Assembly: GCA_048941265.1 (NCBI GenBank)
Contig: JBHLNT010000135.1
Coordinates: 1-11,182, forward strand
DNA: 11,182 bases
Source of the DNA: Promethearchaeota archaeon
GTDB lineage: Archaea; Asgardarchaeota; Lokiarchaeia; Sigyniarchaeales; SOKP01
Direction of reading: 5' to 3'
Notes under the pieces: generated by a model
Told to the model about the DNA's origin: nothing
Databases searched by the model: none
What the model saw: only the letters and a program-made list of their open reading frames with translations
Program-made: the position numbers and the translations under genes
Shown here: positions 8,214 to 11,182 of the stretch, piece after piece
Numbering within the stretch: position 1 is the stretch's first letter
How the letters are laid out: each line of letters begins with the position of its first letter

Positions 8214-9392
8214 TTAATTTTCTCTTGATTTATATCGAATTTTAACCATTAAGTCCCTAAGTTCTAATTTATCACTGCTGGGTTTAATATACTTCTTTTT
8301 CACTCCCTCTTCAAGTGGAAAAGTAGTAATATCGGTCCCTTGGAGGGAGACCATTTTTCCGAATTTTCCTTCTAGCACCAGTTTCATGGCAGCTAAGCCA
8401 AATCTCAGCCCTAATATTCTATCATAAGAATTGGGAGTTCCGGCTCTCATAGTATGACCAAGAACTACACTACGGCATTCAAAATCCGTGCCGTTTTTCT
8501 TAAATACTTCTTTCAAATCATCTCTTAGATTTAATTCTTTTACTAATATGTTTGAAATATTTAATGCGGGTAAGACAGGATTTCCAAAGACATCTTTTGG
8601 TAATTTATCAATGGTTTCTTGGGAAATTGTCTTAAAATCTCTCTTAAGTGATTCCGAATCGGGATATGCTCCTTCAGAGCATGCGATCATATGATATTTA
8701 TGTCCAGCTTCTGCTCTCTTTTTAAGGACCTCTACTACATCTTTCTCAAAATCGAATGGCGTTTCAGGAATGAGAATGATATCTGCTCCCGAAGAAATTC
8801 CGCTGTACATGGTTAAAAAACCGGCATCTCGACCCATAATTTCAACAACAAATACTCTTTGGTGAGATCTTGCAGTGGTTGTAAGATTATCCATGGCATT
8901 TGATGCAAGTTGAACGGCACTCCAGAATCCAAAAGTGTAATGAGTTCCCGCTAAATCATTGTCAATCGTCTTTGGACAACCAACAACTTTAGCATTAGTA
9001 TATTTATAGAGAGCATCCGCAACCCCTAGGGTATCATCTCCCCCTATTGCGATTAGAGCATCGATTCCTAACTCATTAAACTTGCTAGCCATTTCCTTCG
9101 AAATTTTTTGTTTAAGAGATTCTTTTTCTTCTTCTGTTTTTGCTTTTTCGATTGATTTAAAGGGATTTGTCCTGCTAGTATATAATAGCGTTCCACCAAT
9201 TGTATGAAGATCGTCATGTTCTGCAATATTAAGGGGGATAGTTAAATTTTCTAAAAATCCCTTCCATCCTTTCTCTATTCCTACACATTCAACACCAGCG
9301 TCGAAAGCTTTTAACATAATACCATACAGTACACTATTAAGTCCGGGGCAATCGCCTCCGCCAGTAAGGATTCCAACTTTTTTAATAGTCAT
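8214..9392 (-). CDS. pfkA: 6-phosphofructokinase (PfkA family), predicted pyrophosphate-dependent
   Basis: ILTGGGDCPGLN, GGTLLYTSRTNP, IGGDDT, PKTIDND, VEIMGRDAG, ILIPE, SEG, LGHTMRAG motifs. Confidence 0.96.
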   Translation of the reverse strand: MTIKKVGILTGGGDCPGLNSVLYGIMLKAFDAGVECVGIEKGWKGFLENLTIPLNIAEHDDLHTIGGTLLYTSRTNPFKSIEKAKTEEEKESLKQKISKEMASKFNELGIDALIAIGGDDTLGVADALYKYTNAKVVGCPKTIDNDLAGTHYTFGFWSAVQLASNAMDNLTTTARSHQRVFVVEIMGRDAGFLTMYSGISSGADIILIPETPFDFEKDVVEVLKKRAEAGHKYHMIACSEGAYPDSESLKRDFKTISQETIDKLPKDVFGNPVLPALNISNILVKELNLRDDLKEVFKKNGTDFECRSVVLGHTMRAGTPNSYDRILGLRFGLAAMKLVLEGKFGKMVSLQGTDITTFPLEEGVKKKYIKPSSDKLELRDLMVKIRYKSREN

Positions 9393-9484
9393 TTACAATC
9401 ACTTTAATTATAACTCATCAATATAGATTTTCTAAGTAATTTAAATTAAAAAAGTTATTATATCTGAAAAATCCTTGGTTAATA

Positions 9485-10054
9485 CTATTCCATTTTTATA
9501 TTATCTAATTTTTTAAACGAATAATGTGAAGCATCTTGGGGTATTATATAGCTTCCTCCCCCAGGATCCGTTATTATTAAAGTAAACTTTAATTCTCCGT
9601 TTATTGCTTTCTTTAAATCTCCTAAGATATCTTCAATTTCATTGGATTGGGGATCATTTTTTTCAAGATTATTTCTATAAATTAAGACCGCTTGTTCGAA
9701 TCTAAAAAGAATACCCTGCACATTAGTGTAATAAAAATCCGCCCTTGGTCCCGGCTCAACGATAAGTTCTAATTCAGGAATCTCTAATTTTCCTGTGGGT
9801 GAACGATAAATCTTCGATTTAAGATCATTCTCATCTTGTATTTTTAGAGTCATAATTCCAGGATCTATTCTTGTGGTCATAGGAATAACGTCATTTTTAC
9901 GATAATTACATTGATCGCAGGAGAATTTAACAATCAACATTTTATCCCCATCGGGAAGATCATAATCGATTGTATTAATTGTTATAACTCCCTTATCACA
10001 AGAGGGACATTTGAATGAAAACTGTTCTTCCTCGTTGCTCCCTTTTCCAGACAT
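9485..10054 (-). CDS. ZPR1-type C4 zinc finger protein (archaeal single module)
   Basis: CPSC...FSCDQCNYRKNDV, DLKSKIYRS, EIPELELIVEPG, YTNVQGIL, FTLIITDPGGGSYI. Confidence 0.93.
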   Translation of the reverse strand: MSGKGSNEEEQFSFKCPSCDKGVITINTIDYDLPDGDKMLIVKFSCDQCNYRKNDVIPMTTRIDPGIMTLKIQDENDLKSKIYRSPTGKLEIPELELIVEPGPRADFYYTNVQGILFRFEQAVLIYRNNLEKNDPQSNEIEDILGDLKKAINGELKFTLIITDPGGGSYIIPQDASHYSFKKLDNIKME

Positions 10055-10362
10055 AATATGAAGTTAATTTTTTCTAAAATTTAGTGAATTTATGTGGTAA
10101 ATATGATTTTAATGATTTTTAAGCATAAGATTTAATCATTTTAGTAGTCATTTAAAGAGCTACCTTAAAAAGTTTATGCAAAAATTTTTAATATTACCAA
10201 ATTTTAACTCCATTAATACTTAGTTAATTATCTTCTGTATAAATAATATAAAGTTGGGAAAAAATGCTTAATCTTACGATAAAAAAGTCAACAATTCTTC
10301 TTAACTCTATATTATTGTTAGTACTCTCAGTAATTCAAGTAGTAGTATTAATTTTATAAAGA

Positions 10363-10400
10363 AATCAATAAAAACTTGCGCTTCTGGGTTTTTATTGGTT
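10363..10400 (+). promoter_or_regulatory. Inverted repeat upstream of porG (operator or leader hairpin)
   Basis: Perfect arms CAATAAAAAC (10366-10375) and GTTTTTATTG (10388-10397), extendable to 15 bp with G:U pairs. TTTATAAA lies at 10353-10360. Confidence 0.5.
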
Positions 10401-10449
10401 GCTTAGATAATAACTATATTAAAATCAAAAAATAAAATGTTGGAAAAAA

Positions 10450-11025
10450 TTGAAAGATAACGGAATAATAGAGGTGACGCTTCACGGGAGAGGCGGCCAA
10501 ACAGCAGTCACCGCGAGCCAGCTGTTGGCAGAATTAACTTTTGAAAAAGGATTCAAAGATACAATTGCAATACCAATTATAGGTGCTGAAAGAAGGGGAG
10601 CCCCTATCCAAGCTTTTACTAAAATTTCTGAAAAAAAATCAATTAGAACTTATGACAGTGTGAAAAATCCCGATTACATGCTAATATTTGACACTTCATT
10701 ATTAGGGATCCCAGCTATAAGAGATGGTATTAAGGAAGGTGTAACAGTTATTGCGGATAGCGTGAATGCATTAAATAAGGTTAAATTACCTAAAAATATT
10801 AGAATCTTTATTGTTGATGCAACAGGTATTTGTATTAAACGAGATTTTATGCATTCCAGCGGTCCTATATTAAATATCCCGATGTTGGGTGCATTTGGAA
10901 AGGTTTCGGGATACTATGATCTCAAAATAATGGAAAAAGTCTTAAAAAAAGAATTTGGAGAAGAGAGAATAGAGAAGAATATGGCTGTAGCGAAAGATGC
11001 ATACGAATCAGTAAAGGAGGTTTAA
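10450..11025 (+). CDS. porG: Pyruvate/2-oxoacid:ferredoxin oxidoreductase gamma subunit
   Basis: HGRGGQ..VTA, GAERRGAP..AF, PDYMLIFD, VDATGI, NIPMLGA motifs. TTG start; exact start uncertain. Confidence 0.94.
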   Translation: MKDNGIIEVTLHGRGGQTAVTASQLLAELTFEKGFKDTIAIPIIGAERRGAPIQAFTKISEKKSIRTYDSVKNPDYMLIFDTSLLGIPAIRDGIKEGVTVIADSVNALNKVKLPKNIRIFIVDATGICIKRDFMHSSGPILNIPMLGAFGKVSGYYDLKIMEKVLKKEFGEERIEKNMAVAKDAYESVKEV

Positions 11026-11027
11026 AT

Positions 11028-11182
11028 ATGGCAGATATAGAAAAATGGAAAAAAATAAATAAATCGAGGGAAGAGCGCCCTATAGTCCAAGAATATTCTT
11101 GTTGGGAGGAGTTATCACCAATTCCAATCTCATTACCTATCGATGGGGCTATGGGTACTACTGGAGATTGGCGTACATTCAG
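11028..11182 (+). CDS. porD: Pyruvate/2-oxoacid:ferredoxin oxidoreductase delta subunit, 3'-truncated by the window edge
   Basis: Not in the ORF track. MADIEKWKKINKSREERPIVQEYSCWEELSPIPISLPIDGAMGTTGDWRTF..., carrying the delta-subunit TGxWRxF motif. SD AAGGAGGT at 11014-11021; starts 2 bp after the porG stop. Confidence 0.9.
   Translation, partial: MADIEKWKKINKSREERPIVQEYSCWEELSPIPISLPIDGAMGTTGDWRTF

Overview
AT-rich, gene-dense prokaryotic DNA, most likely from an Asgard archaeon (Lokiarchaeia-like). This is inferred from a single-module ZPR1 zinc finger, a stand-alone longin-like protein, a multipass membrane protein with a C4C4 RING finger, and split porG/porD genes. The left flank carries a 5'-truncated flavodoxin, an aldo/keto reductase and an FAD-dependent oxidoreductase. 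The right flank is housekeeping: a YdjM-family hydrolase, a predicted PPi-type phosphofructokinase, ZPR1 and the start of a porG-porD operon. The central region (about 2997-7200) is the most interesting part. It reads as two diverged tandem versions of the same slot, each starting with the FAD-oxidoreductase 3' end and finishing with the NAD(P)H-reductase 3' end plus a T-tract. Each version holds a different membrane module with a eukaryote-like output domain: a 7TM(+2TM)-C4C4 RING protein in the first, and a 7TM gene translationally coupled to a longin-like gene in the second. Three orphan gene 3' ends mark the rearrangements (4648-4782, 4860-5104, 6404-6469), and two of them are absent from the ORF track. 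No integrase, transposase, RNA gene or CRISPR array was seen. All alignments and counts were done by eye.
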